From Nitrosopumilus sp. (lineage in GTDB: Archaea; Thermoproteota; Nitrososphaeria; Nitrososphaerales; Nitrosopumilaceae), in assembly GCA_965207445.1 (NCBI GenBank), contig CBDBLX010000002.1, forward strand, positions 896,001 through 960,000: 64,000 bases of DNA, in the 5' to 3' direction. A model generated the notes under the pieces. That model ran no database searches and was not told the origin of the DNA. It was given only the letters and a program-made list of their open reading frames with translations. Positions 1 to 9,899 of this stretch are shown one piece after another. Numbering within the stretch: position 1 is the first letter of the stretch; every line of letters begins with the position of its first letter. Both the position numbers and the translations under genes were made by a program.

Positions 1-286
1 TCCAGTTTTCGAGATCGGAAAGTATGATTCCCTTTACATGTGCCGCACGAATGACATCACCGAATGTCATATCGTCAACATTCGTACCTGTATCCGAAGC
101 CATCTTTAAATAACGTCGCATCATTTTGAAAGATAATCCATAAGTGTATTCAAAAGCTTGTATTGTAGCACTACGCGTAATCTGTTTATAATTTGGAGGT
201 ATGGGAATTGTTTTGTAATCACATGCTTGAAGTGCGATCTCAAGATTGGAAATCGCGTTTTCTAATGATGTAAGATCAAGACTCAT
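1..286 (-). CDS. HI0074-family HEPN protein (nucleotidyltransferase substrate-binding subunit), runs off the window start
   Basis: Manual translation from ATG at 286: [19 protein letters not shown]...[23 protein letters not shown]...[16 protein letters not shown]. Matches the IQxFEyTyeL motif. ATGA overlap with the hsdM stop. Confidence 0.8.
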   Translation of the reverse strand, partial: MSLDLTSLENAISNLEIALQACDYKTIPIPPNYKQITRSATIQAFEYTYGLSFKMMRRYLKMASDTGTNVDDMTFGDVIRAAHVKGIILSDLENW

Positions 287-2064
287 ATATGTGACATCCT
301 CCGTACATTGAATTCAAGATTTTTCATGTTTTTGACAATCGCGTCATCCAATTTCTTAGATTTTGCCCGCAGTTCACGCCATTGCAATACCAGACGTCCT
401 ATTTTCTCTTTAAACAGATCTTCATCATCGTGCCGAGATTCGACACCTACACAACGTTCAGGAGTAAGAGCATGCATATGTTCACGAACTTCGTTCAGTG
501 TAGCACTTTTGCAGAATCCAAGTATGTCGGAATATTTGCCAGCCTGCTTGTCACCACACCAAGCCCGGTACACATTTGACACCTTGTGAATGTCATCATT
601 CGTAAGCTCACGATGCATACGATCTATCATTGTACCCATTTGGCGTGCGTCAATGAACAATATCTTGTCCTTCCGATCGCCACGTACACGGTCTCTAGAT
701 AAAAACCACAGACAGGCAGGTATCTGAGTCGAGTAAAACAGCTGGCCGGGCAGGGTGACCATGCAGTCCACCAAGTTTGCTTTTACCAGATTTTTGCGGA
801 TCTCACCCTCACCAGATTGGTTAGATGACATTGATCCGTTGGCAAATACAAATCCTGCCGCCCCAGAAGGCGCCATGTGATGTACCATATGTTGCACCCA
901 AGCAAAGTTAGCGTTGCCCTTTGGAGCCCCGTAGACCCAGCGCTTGTCGTCTTGCAGGCGATCCCCGCCCCAATCTGAGACGTTAAAGGGGGGATTGGCC
1001 AAGATAAAATCTGCCTTTAGGTCTGGATGCTGGTCATTGTGAAAACTATCACCGTGTGTGATCCGACTACTGTCTATGCCACGGATGGCTAAGTTCATCT
1101 TTGCTAGCTGCCAAGTGGTATACTTTGATTCTTGGCCATATATTGATATGTCAGACGGAGTTTTTGTTCTATTTCTGTTTTCATTACTGTTAGCGTGAGC
1201 CTGAATGAACTGAACGGACTGGACAAACATTCCAGATGAACCGCAACATGAATCATAGACACGCCCACTATACGGTTGGAACATCTCAACTAGTAATCGA
1301 ACTACACTACTACGCGGAGTGTAAAATTCCCTGCCCTTTTTGCCCTCTGCATTAGCAAATCTAGATAGAAAGTACTCGTAGACTCTGCCTAACACATCCT
1401 TGGATCGAGATTCTTCATCACCGACTCGAATGTTACTAATGAGGCCGATTATCTGACTAAGACGGATCTGGTCCAATGAAGGCCGGGTATAATTCTTGGG
1501 CAAGACATTTTTGATGGCAAGATTCTCTCTTTCAATTGCAACCATGGCACTATCAACTATCTGTCCAATGGTGGGCTGTCGTGCTTGTGCCATGATGTTT
1601 GTCCACCGTCCTTCCGGTGGCATCCAAAAGATATTCTGAGCGCGATACTCATCAGGATGTTCGGGGTCAGCATCTTGAATCGAATCCAGTTTGGAACGAT
1701 ATTCTTCAAATGCATCAGACACATACTTGAGAAAGATTAGCCCCAATACAACATGCTTGTATTTTGTAGCATCCATGATGCCGCGAAAAGCATCGGCCAT
1801 GGACCACATTTTTTCTTCAACTATCTCAGGATCTGCCTCGACCTGCTTTGTTTTTCTAGAGTCTGATCGCCCCTGTTGTACCGTAGTCAAATCTATTATA
1901 CAGACAATATGGGTTGATTTATGTATATTCGACAAAAATGTGATCTTAATATACCCCATCCAACACAGGGGTAAAAAATGCAGACAGGGATAATGTAAGC
2001 GTCCCAATTCGCTTTCTGCCGTCATTCTGAAAAGGGTATTCGCACTCCCATAGGGCCCGTACAC
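283..2064 (-). CDS. hsdM: Type I restriction-modification methyltransferase subunit M (true start probably near 1810-1900; several motif substitutions, possibly decaying)
   Basis: [35 protein letters not shown] and [18 protein letters not shown]. Confidence 0.9.
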   Translation of the reverse strand: MYGPYGSANTLFRMTAESELGRLHYPCLHFLPLCWMGYIKITFLSNIHKSTHIVCIIDLTTVQQGRSDSRKTKQVEADPEIVEEKMWSMADAFRGIMDATKYKHVVLGLIFLKYVSDAFEEYRSKLDSIQDADPEHPDEYRAQNIFWMPPEGRWTNIMAQARQPTIGQIVDSAMVAIERENLAIKNVLPKNYTRPSLDQIRLSQIIGLISNIRVGDEESRSKDVLGRVYEYFLSRFANAEGKKGREFYTPRSSVVRLLVEMFQPYSGRVYDSCCGSSGMFVQSVQFIQAHANSNENRNRTKTPSDISIYGQESKYTTWQLAKMNLAIRGIDSSRITHGDSFHNDQHPDLKADFILANPPFNVSDWGGDRLQDDKRWVYGAPKGNANFAWVQHMVHHMAPSGAAGFVFANGSMSSNQSGEGEIRKNLVKANLVDCMVTLPGQLFYSTQIPACLWFLSRDRVRGDRKDKILFIDARQMGTMIDRMHRELTNDDIHKVSNVYRAWCGDKQAGKYSDILGFCKSATLNEVREHMHALTPERCVGVESRHDDEDLFKEKIGRLVLQWRELRAKSKKLDDAIVKNMKNLEFNVRRMSHI

Positions 2065-2099
2065 CTTTAGACCTGCCCTGTCATGTTGTGGTCCGAATC

Positions 2100-2575
2100 C
2101 TTTTTTGCCGTCTTCTGTTGCTGCCGCTCTAGCACGACCTTGCCGTTTGGTAGCACATCTACGAACCTACATCCCTGTGTAATGCGACACTCGACTTGTC
2201 TGTGTCTGCGACTAGTTGGCCATTGCAGATTGGTCCTTTATTTTGCCGGTGCCCTGTAGCATCTAGCACAAGGCCAAGCTGTTCTGGCGTCGCCGCCGCG
2301 TCAAGTACTGTCTGGGACTGCCGCTTGTTCTTCACCAGTACAGAATCCGCGGTGTCGGACTGGTCCAGAAACCCTTCTGAGCATGCAAACGCGTCATGCA
2401 TCTTATCGAATAGCACGTCCGGTATGACGCCCTTGTTTGTCGTGTATTTGGCCTCCATCGTCTACTTGTATCCCATAATAAACATACAAAAGTCGTGTGC
2501 CACCTTGCCCTTGGATTCTGCGATGAGCAGTTGGGCATCAAAGTACGGCCAGAGTACGTACAGACTTCAGTCAAA
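2100..2575 (-). pseudogene. C-terminal fragment of an archaeal tyrosine integrase
   Basis: Translation ..YVLWPYFDAQLLIAESKGKVAHDFCMFIMGYK*TMEAKYTTNKGVIPD.. with an internal stop. A shifted frame continues [12 protein letters not shown]. The 5' part is replaced by an IS630 end. Confidence 0.7.
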
Positions 2576-2579
2576 CCTT

Positions 2580-2695
2580 TCTATTCATATTAAAAACAGA
2601 TGTAACATTTTTAAAATACAATATTTTTACATATGATCTTTTCAGGCATAAAGTCGTGTAAAATTGACGTACATGAACTTGTACTCGTCGTTATA
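2580..2695. mobile_element. Solo end of the IS630 element
   Basis: Near-identical to 38098-38213 and 47767-47882 (tctattcatattaaaaacagatgtaac...ctcgtcgttata). Confidence 0.9.
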
Positions 2696-2784
2696 GATGG
2701 TTAACGCGTCGCTTTCTATAATTATCGCACTATTGCTTTCTATTATCTGAGTTGTTCTAATCACATGTTACCAAATTATAATTG

Positions 2785-4020
2785 TCACTTGAATTTTTCA
2801 CTTACAAGTCTAAAGAGTTGTTTTGCTGCCATGCTTGGCTTTCGTGCTGCCATCTTGGCAATTTCATACATTCCGAATTCTGCTTTGATAAACGTGACAA
2901 ATTCATTTGTGGTCATATCTTTGATAATGTCAAGCTCACTATCCCATTGCTTGTCTGTAAGATTTATCCATCTATCTTGAACCTTGCCTGCTGATTTTAT
3001 TCGCGATTCAATTGCATTTCTCCATGCATTTTCATAATGAATCATGTCGTACTTGGATGTCTGTCCTGTTAATGCAGCAGTGGCCGCTGTTGCACCTGCC
3101 ATGCGGCCAAATCGTATTGCATATCGTATACCCTCTAGTACCAATGGGTTTGCTTGACCAGCAGAGTCACCTACTAGTATCATGTTATCGTACACTGTTT
3201 CCCTCACAAGTCCATCATTTGGAATCAACCCATAGTGAAATTCAGTTGTGGTAATATTACCTAGTGATGCAATTGGTCCCTTTTTCTTTGCTATAAGTTG
3301 TTTTAATATGGTGGTAGGATCTGCATCTGATTCAGGTTTACCTACACCCACACCTATCCTGACTGTATTTTTTCCTGTTGGAAATATCCATGCATATCCT
3401 GCTGGTGAGTATTCTTGGCCTACCATGAGCCACCATGTGTCTGGTTTGACACTTTCAACCTCTGCTTCATACTCTGCCCCTGCACCGAATCTATTCCACT
3501 GCCATTTCATACCCATGGCTCTGCATACTGCTGATGAGAATCCACTTGCATCTATGATTACCTTTGCATTGTATGTGCTATCTGGTATTTTTTGTGATTG
3601 ATGTGTCACTTTAACCCCGATAATTCTTTGTTCTACATTTTTTATAACCCCATTTACTGTTGAGCCTGTCATTATAACTGCCCCTGCTTTTTCTGCTTGG
3701 GATGCAAGCCATCTGTATGTTGACCGTACGTCTAGTACTGCTGCTGTGGGTTCTGTGTTGCCTGTTATGGTGACTGTGTTGTTTGGTGACTGAAATGAAA
3801 AGTTTCGAATTGAATTATAACAATTTTGAGGTATGCCAAACTCTTTTACCTCATTTATCCAAGTAACGCCACTTGTTCTGACAGTCTCTGCAATTGTTGA
3901 CTCTTTTTCAAACAAGATTACTTTGGCGCCTTTTGCAGCTGCTGCATATGCTGCTGATGTACCCGCAGGGCCACCACCAACAACTGCAACATCATATTCT
4001 TGTTGTTTTAATGCCAACAC
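2785..4020 (-). CDS. Geranylgeranyl reductase family FAD-dependent oxidoreductase
   Basis: YDVAVVGGGPAG, PAGYAWIFP and LVGDSAGQANPLVLEGI. Confidence 0.9.
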   Translation of the reverse strand: MLALKQQEYDVAVVGGGPAGTSAAYAAAAKGAKVILFEKESTIAETVRTSGVTWINEVKEFGIPQNCYNSIRNFSFQSPNNTVTITGNTEPTAAVLDVRSTYRWLASQAEKAGAVIMTGSTVNGVIKNVEQRIIGVKVTHQSQKIPDSTYNAKVIIDASGFSSAVCRAMGMKWQWNRFGAGAEYEAEVESVKPDTWWLMVGQEYSPAGYAWIFPTGKNTVRIGVGVGKPESDADPTTILKQLIAKKKGPIASLGNITTTEFHYGLIPNDGLVRETVYDNMILVGDSAGQANPLVLEGIRYAIRFGRMAGATAATAALTGQTSKYDMIHYENAWRNAIESRIKSAGKVQDRWINLTDKQWDSELDIIKDMTTNEFVTFIKAEFGMYEIAKMAARKPSMAAKQLFRLVSEKFK

Positions 4021-4092
4021 TATTGTAAATAAAAGTGACTTTATTATATTAAACCGTATGTGTCTGTGTGATTAATTCTTGGTGTGTGTTTT

Positions 4093-4302
4093 TTATTTTT
4101 TAAGCACAGGTGTTCCTGCTGAATCATTTTCTCTTTCTGGATCAAACGTTTCCATATGTTCTGGATCTCTGTGCATATAGCTGTGTGGTTTTCCTACTTG
4201 TTTAGTACAAAATTTTATACATATGTTCTCTTGAACTTTTAGCGTAGTTTCATTCTCATGATATAGACGTTTACCACATTTGGAACATATTAGTTCTGGC
4301 AT
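4093..4302 (-). CDS. Small hypothetical protein with CxxC
   Basis: 69-aa ORF MPELICSKCGK, AT-rich upstream region. Confidence 0.6.
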   Translation of the reverse strand: MPELICSKCGKRLYHENETTLKVQENICIKFCTKQVGKPHSYMHRDPEHMETFDPERENDSAGTPVLKK

Positions 4303-4491
4303 GAATTGATTTGATATTGAATCTATTTAGATGTTTCAAGCTTTAAATTTTTGACCAACCGGTAGAGAAATAAATATATAAACATATATACTAATTTTTG
4401 TTAGTTTGATTATATAATCATTGTAATCTTCATTTCCAATCGTATATAATTACTATATTGGCATCTTTTTATAATGAATGATATACATGTA

Positions 4492-4587
4492 ATGTCGTTT
4501 TTAATGTGGTCTGCGATCACCGGTGCCATTTTGTTTGCAACAAGGTTTGCATATGTGGCTTACTCAAATCGTCACAAAATACACTAG
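4492..4587 (+). CDS. Putative 31-aa membrane peptide
   Basis: MSFLMWSAITGAILFATRFAYVAYSNRHKIH; TATA-like tttttataat about 20-25 bp upstream. Confidence 0.35.
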   Translation: MSFLMWSAITGAILFATRFAYVAYSNRHKIH

Positions 4588-4610
4588 ATGATTAATCGTA
4601 TCAATATTTG

Positions 4611-4672
4611 TAGCGACGGGCATAAGTTTCTGTACGGTGAATTTTTGTGATTTCGTGCCTGAAATAATCGCA
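4611..4672. mobile_element. Solo end of the IS630 element (opposite end to 2580-2695)
   Basis: tagcgacgggcataagtttctgtacggtgaatttttgtgatttcgtgcctgaaataatc matches 36525 and 46193 onward. Confidence 0.9.
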
Positions 4673-4765
4673 CCACTAGTCTACAATCTGTCTAATTCTG
4701 TGATCTTATTTTTAATTACACAGTGCGGTAGATTTGTCATGACAAGTAACTATTATGTTTTAATT

Positions 4766-4846
4766 GTAACCGTTCAACCCTCGTGCCTGCGCCAAACGTT
4801 AGTCGATAAATCCATGCCTAATTTTTGGAAGGGGTTCCACGATTAC
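4766..4846 (+). mobile_element. MITE family A (about 82 bp, IS66-type GTAA ends)
   Basis: gtaaccgttcaaccc...gcgccaaacgttag...tgcctaattttt ggaaggggttccacgattac; homologous to 23587, 25156, 33608, 52888, 54238 and 60589. Confidence 0.85.
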
Positions 4847-4932
4847 CATTCCACGATTACCATTCCACGATTACCATTCCACGATTACCATTCCACGATT
4901 ACCATTCCACGATTACCATTCCACGATTACCA
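4835..4932. repeat. Tandem repeat, 7 x 14 bp (ttccacgattacca)
   Basis: Seven perfect head-to-tail copies with no spacers. Confidence 0.97.
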
Positions 4933-4990
4933 TTAAACGATATTGTAGATTATTTAAATAAAATCATATAAAACACATTGCGAACTACTG
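4931..4990 (-). mobile_element. Solo end of an ISH3-family element
   Basis: Reverse complement cagtagttcgcaatgtgttttatatgattttattt.. matches 38540-38600, upstream of the ISH3-like transposase. Confidence 0.8.
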
Positions 4991-5144
4991 ATGTATTATC
5001 AATTTTTATTTTTGAGACATTTGGGTTAACTGTGCTGGTGACTATACAAAATACATATTTAATATATTAATTTTTAATTATCGTGTTGTACCATATTGTG
5101 TGGTTGAAACTCTCACATCATCATAAATTCATTTTTACATCCTT

Positions 5145-6098
5145 TCATGTCTTACTCTCTTTTTTTTCAACATGTCTAATTATTCCAGTATAATCCAATT
5201 GACCATACCCATTTACTAATGCATTTGCGTATTGCTCTTCTGCCTTTGATATCATTGCTAGTTCCAGACCACGTGCTGCTGCAGTCTCTGTTATGATCTT
5301 GATATCTTTTCTAAGATTTTCAAGTGTAAATGTTGGATTTTGATCTCCTGCGATCATACTGTATGCTTTTTTGCGACTCATTCCTGTACTAAAATACGTG
5401 TTATTTAATACCTCTAGGAATATTTTTGGATCTACACCTGACTCTTTTACTAGTGTTATACCTTCTGCAAGTGAGAGTGCAAGCATTGTTATTTGCATAT
5501 TCATTGCGAGTTTGACTATATTTGCAGTACCTGCCCCTTGACCTAGAAACATTACTTTTTGCGATATTTCATCTAGTATTTTTTTGCATGACTCGAATGT
5601 TTTTTTGTCACCTGATACCATTGCAACAAGATTTCCTGCGCTTGCAGCATCTGGGCCTCCCATGACTGGGGCATCTATTTTGATTATGTGGTGTTTCTTG
5701 TATTGAGATGTAATCTCTTTTGAGTCTGCAGGGTTGATGGTGCTAATATCAATTATGATCGGTTTTTTGGGTTTGTTGTGTGAGCCTGCTATGATGGTAT
5801 TATTATCGGTCTCTCCAAATGAAACACTTTTGACTGCATTTCCATCTTTTAACACGATTATAATTATGTCTGATCTCTTTGCAATATCTGCTGGTGTTTT
5901 TAATACCGTTGCACCTGCTGACTCTGATTCATTGGTTTTTTGTATGGTTCTATTATACACTGATATGTCATAGTTTTTGTTCTTTGCAAGTTTAATTGCA
6001 ATTGCACCTCCGAGCATGCCTGTACCTATGATACCTATTTTGGTGCGGTTTTTTGTCACGTTTTTCTGCATATCTCGTAAACTATCTTCTCTCTTCAT
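5145..6098 (-). CDS. NAD(P)-dependent oxidoreductase, 3-hydroxyisobutyrate/6-phosphogluconate dehydrogenase family
   Basis: IGIIGTGMLG, YNRT, IDAPVMGG and VKLAMN. Confidence 0.9.
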   Translation of the reverse strand: MKREDSLRDMQKNVTKNRTKIGIIGTGMLGGAIAIKLAKNKNYDISVYNRTIQKTNESESAGATVLKTPADIAKRSDIIIIVLKDGNAVKSVSFGETDNNTIIAGSHNKPKKPIIIDISTINPADSKEITSQYKKHHIIKIDAPVMGGPDAASAGNLVAMVSGDKKTFESCKKILDEISQKVMFLGQGAGTANIVKLAMNMQITMLALSLAEGITLVKESGVDPKIFLEVLNNTYFSTGMSRKKAYSMIAGDQNPTFTLENLRKDIKIITETAAARGLELAMISKAEEQYANALVNGYGQLDYTGIIRHVEKKESKT

Positions 6099-6468
6099 CT
6101 TTTACACTCCATTGATTGTTTCCGAATCTTGGTGCAACAAATTCAATCTGTCCGATTACTCTGTCTCCACTCTTTACCTTTGCATAATCGAATTTTTCCA
6201 TCCTGAACACTCGCTCTTTTGGTTTGTATCCTCCTTCGATCACTTTGACTTTAAACCTCTTACTTGCCCTCGTAATTAATTTTCTTGCTACTTGTACATC
6301 TCCGATCCATGAAAACATCTCAAATCTACCAAAGTTTTTAGTTGCAACACTATACCCGTATAATCTTGCTTGCAGATTTGTTTTTTTACTCTTTGCTTGT
6401 TCATTTAACCAATTTATTACCTCTTGACCATTTCCCTCCTCTACCCCAAATGTCTCTGATTCTTTCAT
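6082..6468 (-). CDS. Hypothetical protein
   Basis: Clean ORF from MKESETF, overlapping the next gene. Confidence 0.7.
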   Translation of the reverse strand: MKESETFGVEEGNGQEVINWLNEQAKSKKTNLQARLYGYSVATKNFGRFEMFSWIGDVQVARKLITRASKRFKVKVIEGGYKPKERVFRMEKFDYAKVKSGDRVIGQIEFVAPRFGNNQWSVKDEERR

Positions 6469-6729
6469 GTATGTAATGCGACTGTACACAATAATATTGA
6501 TTTCCTTGTATCCTTTGCACCTTGAAACTGTTTATGTTTTTTGTATTTGAGATTTATTTGAGTGTGAGTTATGATTGATACAAATCACGTAATTTGAATT
6601 TGTTTACTTTGTGTGTGATACTTGAGATTGTAATTTATGCGATGAGCAATATTATTGATATTTTATGATCAACTCTTTGTTTGTCACATTTTTACTAAAA
6701 TTAAAATAAAGTTGCATAAAACATGAGTC

Positions 6730-7128
6730 ATGCTTGTGGTTGATTGTAAGGATGTGCTATCAATTCGTAACGAACTACTTGTATATGTCTCAGACCAAGT
6801 GGCTGCAATTCCAACATTACAAAATAACCAATTTACATTGTCTATGCTTGATGAGGAGGAAGATGGTGGTGGCCAGATAGATGTCGATGTGGTCGTTGCT
6901 GCAATCAGAGAATTTTTAGAGTCAATAGGTGAGGGTAGAAATTTTGCTGTGATTACAAATGACAACACAGTTACTATTGCATCTGTGAATGGCAAGTCTA
7001 TTGATCCTGACACATCTACAAAAGTGCGTTCACCTGCACAAGATTCTATGTTTACTTGTACTCATTGTGGATTTGTTACACCATATGAGGTGGAACTCAA
7101 TGTTCATATGCGAATACATTATATTTAA
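6730..7128 (+). CDS. C2H2 zinc-finger protein
   Basis: C-terminal CTHCGF...LNVHMRIH. Confidence 0.8.
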   Translation: MLVVDCKDVLSIRNELLVYVSDQVAAIPTLQNNQFTLSMLDEEEDGGGQIDVDVVVAAIREFLESIGEGRNFAVITNDNTVTIASVNGKSIDPDTSTKVRSPAQDSMFTCTHCGFVTPYEVELNVHMRIHYI

Positions 7129-7225
7129 GACTTGATGTATGCATATTTTTATATGTTTAAATTTTTACAGTTAAAAATAAATATTCATATTAATCTTTTA
7201 TAAACCAGACATACTATTACAATAT

Positions 7226-7432
7226 GTGATAAATTCTGAGAATCATGGTACATCAAAAGTGCACTGTGCCATATGTGATCGAGTATTTGACTCTCGTGCT
7301 CAATACACGCAACATGTTTTACATGTTCATTCACATAATATTGGCAGTAACCATGATAATGGTGCATCATGCGACTCTTGTCCACTTGATATTGCCATAT
7401 CAAAACTATTGGGGTTATTCAAACGAAAATAA
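7226..7432 (+). CDS. Small C2H2 zinc-finger protein
   Basis: CAICDRVF...HVLHVH plus CDSCP. Confidence 0.7.
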   Translation: MINSENHGTSKVHCAICDRVFDSRAQYTQHVLHVHSHNIGSNHDNGASCDSCPLDIAISKLLGLFKRK

Positions 7433-7497
7433 TATCTAATTAGCAATTGTGATAAATCTGGCAAGTCTTTTTATAATGACCATCTTAACTTTTACAT

Positions 7498-8193
7498 GTG
7501 GTAAACAAATCTCTAATTGCAATTGTAGCAATTGCAGCAATTACTGCTACCATTATAGTATCTGCTGCTGCTGTGGGTAATCAAAACAGTATGATGGATG
7601 GTGGGACGAGTGTTGCAGCAGTAGAGTATCCTAATCGTATCTATGGTGGCATAAACACTGGAAATGGCTCTCCGTTGTTAGGCGACCCAACTGCTCCAAT
7701 TACAATAATAGAATTTGGCGATTATCAATGCCATTTTTGTGAGATATGGCATGCCCAAACACTTCCATCAATAAAATCAAACTATATTGAAGATGGTAGT
7801 GTGAATTTGATATTTGTAGACTATGCATTTTTGGGCAAGGACTCACCACAAGCGGCCCATGCCACATATTGCGCGCATGAACAAGGCATGTATTGGGCGT
7901 ATCATGATATGCTATATGACTCTCAGCAGAATAAAATTGATGGTGGTTGGGCATCTGCTGAAAACCTTGACCGATTTGCAGCACAACTAAATCTCGACAC
8001 AACTGAATTTTCAATATGTATGTCTTCTGGCAAATATGATGATCGTATATCATACAACAGACAGATCGGATCAAGCCATGGTATAGATGCAACTCCTGCA
8101 TTTTTCATTGTAGGTCCTGATGGTGTTCCAACAATGATCTCTGGTGCTCAACCATATTCTACATTTGTGCGTGTGTTGAACTCTTTGGGCTGA
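7498..8193 (+). CDS. DsbA-family thioredoxin-fold protein with N-terminal anchor
   Basis: IEFGDYQCHFC, GIDATPAF and GAQPY. Confidence 0.9.
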   Translation: MVNKSLIAIVAIAAITATIIVSAAAVGNQNSMMDGGTSVAAVEYPNRIYGGINTGNGSPLLGDPTAPITIIEFGDYQCHFCEIWHAQTLPSIKSNYIEDGSVNLIFVDYAFLGKDSPQAAHATYCAHEQGMYWAYHDMLYDSQQNKIDGGWASAENLDRFAAQLNLDTTEFSICMSSGKYDDRISYNRQIGSSHGIDATPAFFIVGPDGVPTMISGAQPYSTFVRVLNSLG

Positions 8194-8669
8194 TGGCCTT
8201 GATGCATCTTGTGTTCTCTGATGTCAGATTTGTCATCATGGCAGTATGTATATTTTCAATTATGACATTTTCCCTCTTGATAATGTCAGAGTATATATTT
8301 TTGGAGCCATTTGTTGTGGGACATGTGCCACAAGGAACAGAACTTGGTTTTACACTTGTTATTGCAATATCTGTTTTGTCTAGTATAGTGATTCCTGCAA
8401 ATATATTTCGTGTATCTGTTTTACATCGCTCAAAACAAAAGATGAGTGGTGGATTTGCAGGCTCGATAATTGGATCAATTGCTGGTGCCTGTAGCTGTGG
8501 CCCTGTTGGATTTGCAGTGATATCTACGTTTGGTACAGTGGGTGCTACTGCCACTGCATTTTTAACATCATATGAGATACCACTTCGTTTTGTTGCAATT
8601 GCAATTTTATTGATTGCACTTTTGTCTACTTACAAATCAATTAACATAGAGTGTAAGATACAACAATAA
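8193..8669 (+). CDS. Membrane protein with CxC motif, coupled to the DsbA gene
   Basis: Four hydrophobic segments, GACSCGP; start overlaps the upstream stop. Confidence 0.75.
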   Translation: MALMHLVFSDVRFVIMAVCIFSIMTFSLLIMSEYIFLEPFVVGHVPQGTELGFTLVIAISVLSSIVIPANIFRVSVLHRSKQKMSGGFAGSIIGSIAGACSCGPVGFAVISTFGTVGATATAFLTSYEIPLRFVAIAILLIALLSTYKSINIECKIQQ

Positions 8670-8942
8670 ATCTGCTCAACTTTAGAAAACAAATTATCTA
8701 GGATTTTTTTTGAATTATTAATACAAGTGGCATTTAATTAAAATTTCATTTAATGTGAAGATTTTAAAATCAAGCAATTACAATACTTTAATTTAATTAA
8801 GATGGTATAATTAATTGCTATGTGGGATTTAGTAAGAGTTTGTTGACTTTTATTTCATGTTTTTACTCTATCTGCTTTTGATAATTACTGGTTATGTGAA
8901 TTTTTGATGTAATTTATTTATGCGACTAAAGTTAGCCGAAAT

Positions 8943-9893
8943 ATGCAAAACTGGAGTTTGATTGCTGGTGCAATTTTGGTGGCAAGCCCTATACTATTTG
9001 CAGTCTTGGCTTATCCTGAATCTGTTGCATGGAGCTGGAATGAGGGCAGAGGTGGATATCTGTTTGGGTTGATATTTGTAGTTGCCGAGTTAATCGGATT
9101 AAAGTTATCCATACCAAAGAATCGATTGTATGCTGTAATTCCTCTAGCAGGAGCAGTTATCATTTACTTGTATATGTTGGAAAATGGGTTACGCGAGCAG
9201 ATAACTACTGCTGGATCGCAGTTTAATGTTCAGTTGATATATTCGTGGACTTGGATGTGGGACTTTGTTATAATGGCACTGTTCATGATAGTTGCACTGT
9301 ATGTGTTGTTTGGATGGCGATGGATTCGTATTGCACCTGCGGGCCCGATATTTCTTTCTGGCACTGCTATAATTTTATCACTTGATGCATTCTTTCCTTA
9401 TGATACGTTGGGACCGTTGCAGTATGTGGTGCCATATTTGGTGCAAGCAAATGTCTGGTTGATTGATGTATTTGATCTGGGTACTGCAATTGCACGTGAC
9501 AATTTGATGCTTTTGCGCGGTGAACATGGCTCTATTGCGCTACGTGTGTTTTGGCCTTCTGCTGGTGTACATAGCATTATAATATTCTCACTTGTGATCG
9601 GTGCCTTTATGCTCAAATTAAATATCCCTAGAATGCGAAAATTAGCATACTTTGGAATTGGGATAGTTGGAACCATTATAGTAAACATGATACGTATATT
9701 TTCACTTTCATGGTATGCATTAAAGGTGACTGCGGATCCTGTTGCATGGGAAGAGTATCATAAAATTGCCGGTGAGATAATGTTCTTACCTTGGCTATTT
9801 GCATTTATCCTTGTGGTTGTATTGATAGAGTCAAGACGTCTTAAGAAGATAGATGCACAAAAGAACCAGAATTTAGAGTCTTCATTATCATAA
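8943..9893 (+). CDS. Thaumarchaeosortase (archaeosortase/exosortase family)
   Basis: Polytopic membrane protein; WPSAGVHS (Ser at the usual Cys position), NMIRI and EYHKIAGE. Confidence 0.85.
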   Translation: MQNWSLIAGAILVASPILFAVLAYPESVAWSWNEGRGGYLFGLIFVVAELIGLKLSIPKNRLYAVIPLAGAVIIYLYMLENGLREQITTAGSQFNVQLIYSWTWMWDFVIMALFMIVALYVLFGWRWIRIAPAGPIFLSGTAIILSLDAFFPYDTLGPLQYVVPYLVQANVWLIDVFDLGTAIARDNLMLLRGEHGSIALRVFWPSAGVHSIIIFSLVIGAFMLKLNIPRMRKLAYFGIGIVGTIIVNMIRIFSLSWYALKVTADPVAWEEYHKIAGEIMFLPWLFAFILVVVLIESRRLKKIDAQKNQNLESSLS

Positions 9894-9899
9894 CTAGAA

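Noticed and set aside
2696..4610. Composite transposon carrying the GGR gene between two IS630 ends
   Set aside because: Both element bodies extend away from the interval, so these are two separate truncated copies rather than a bracketing pair.
4835..4932. 14-bp array as CRISPR or iteron set
   Set aside because: Head-to-tail with no spacers; explained by slippage at a MITE end; no rep gene nearby.
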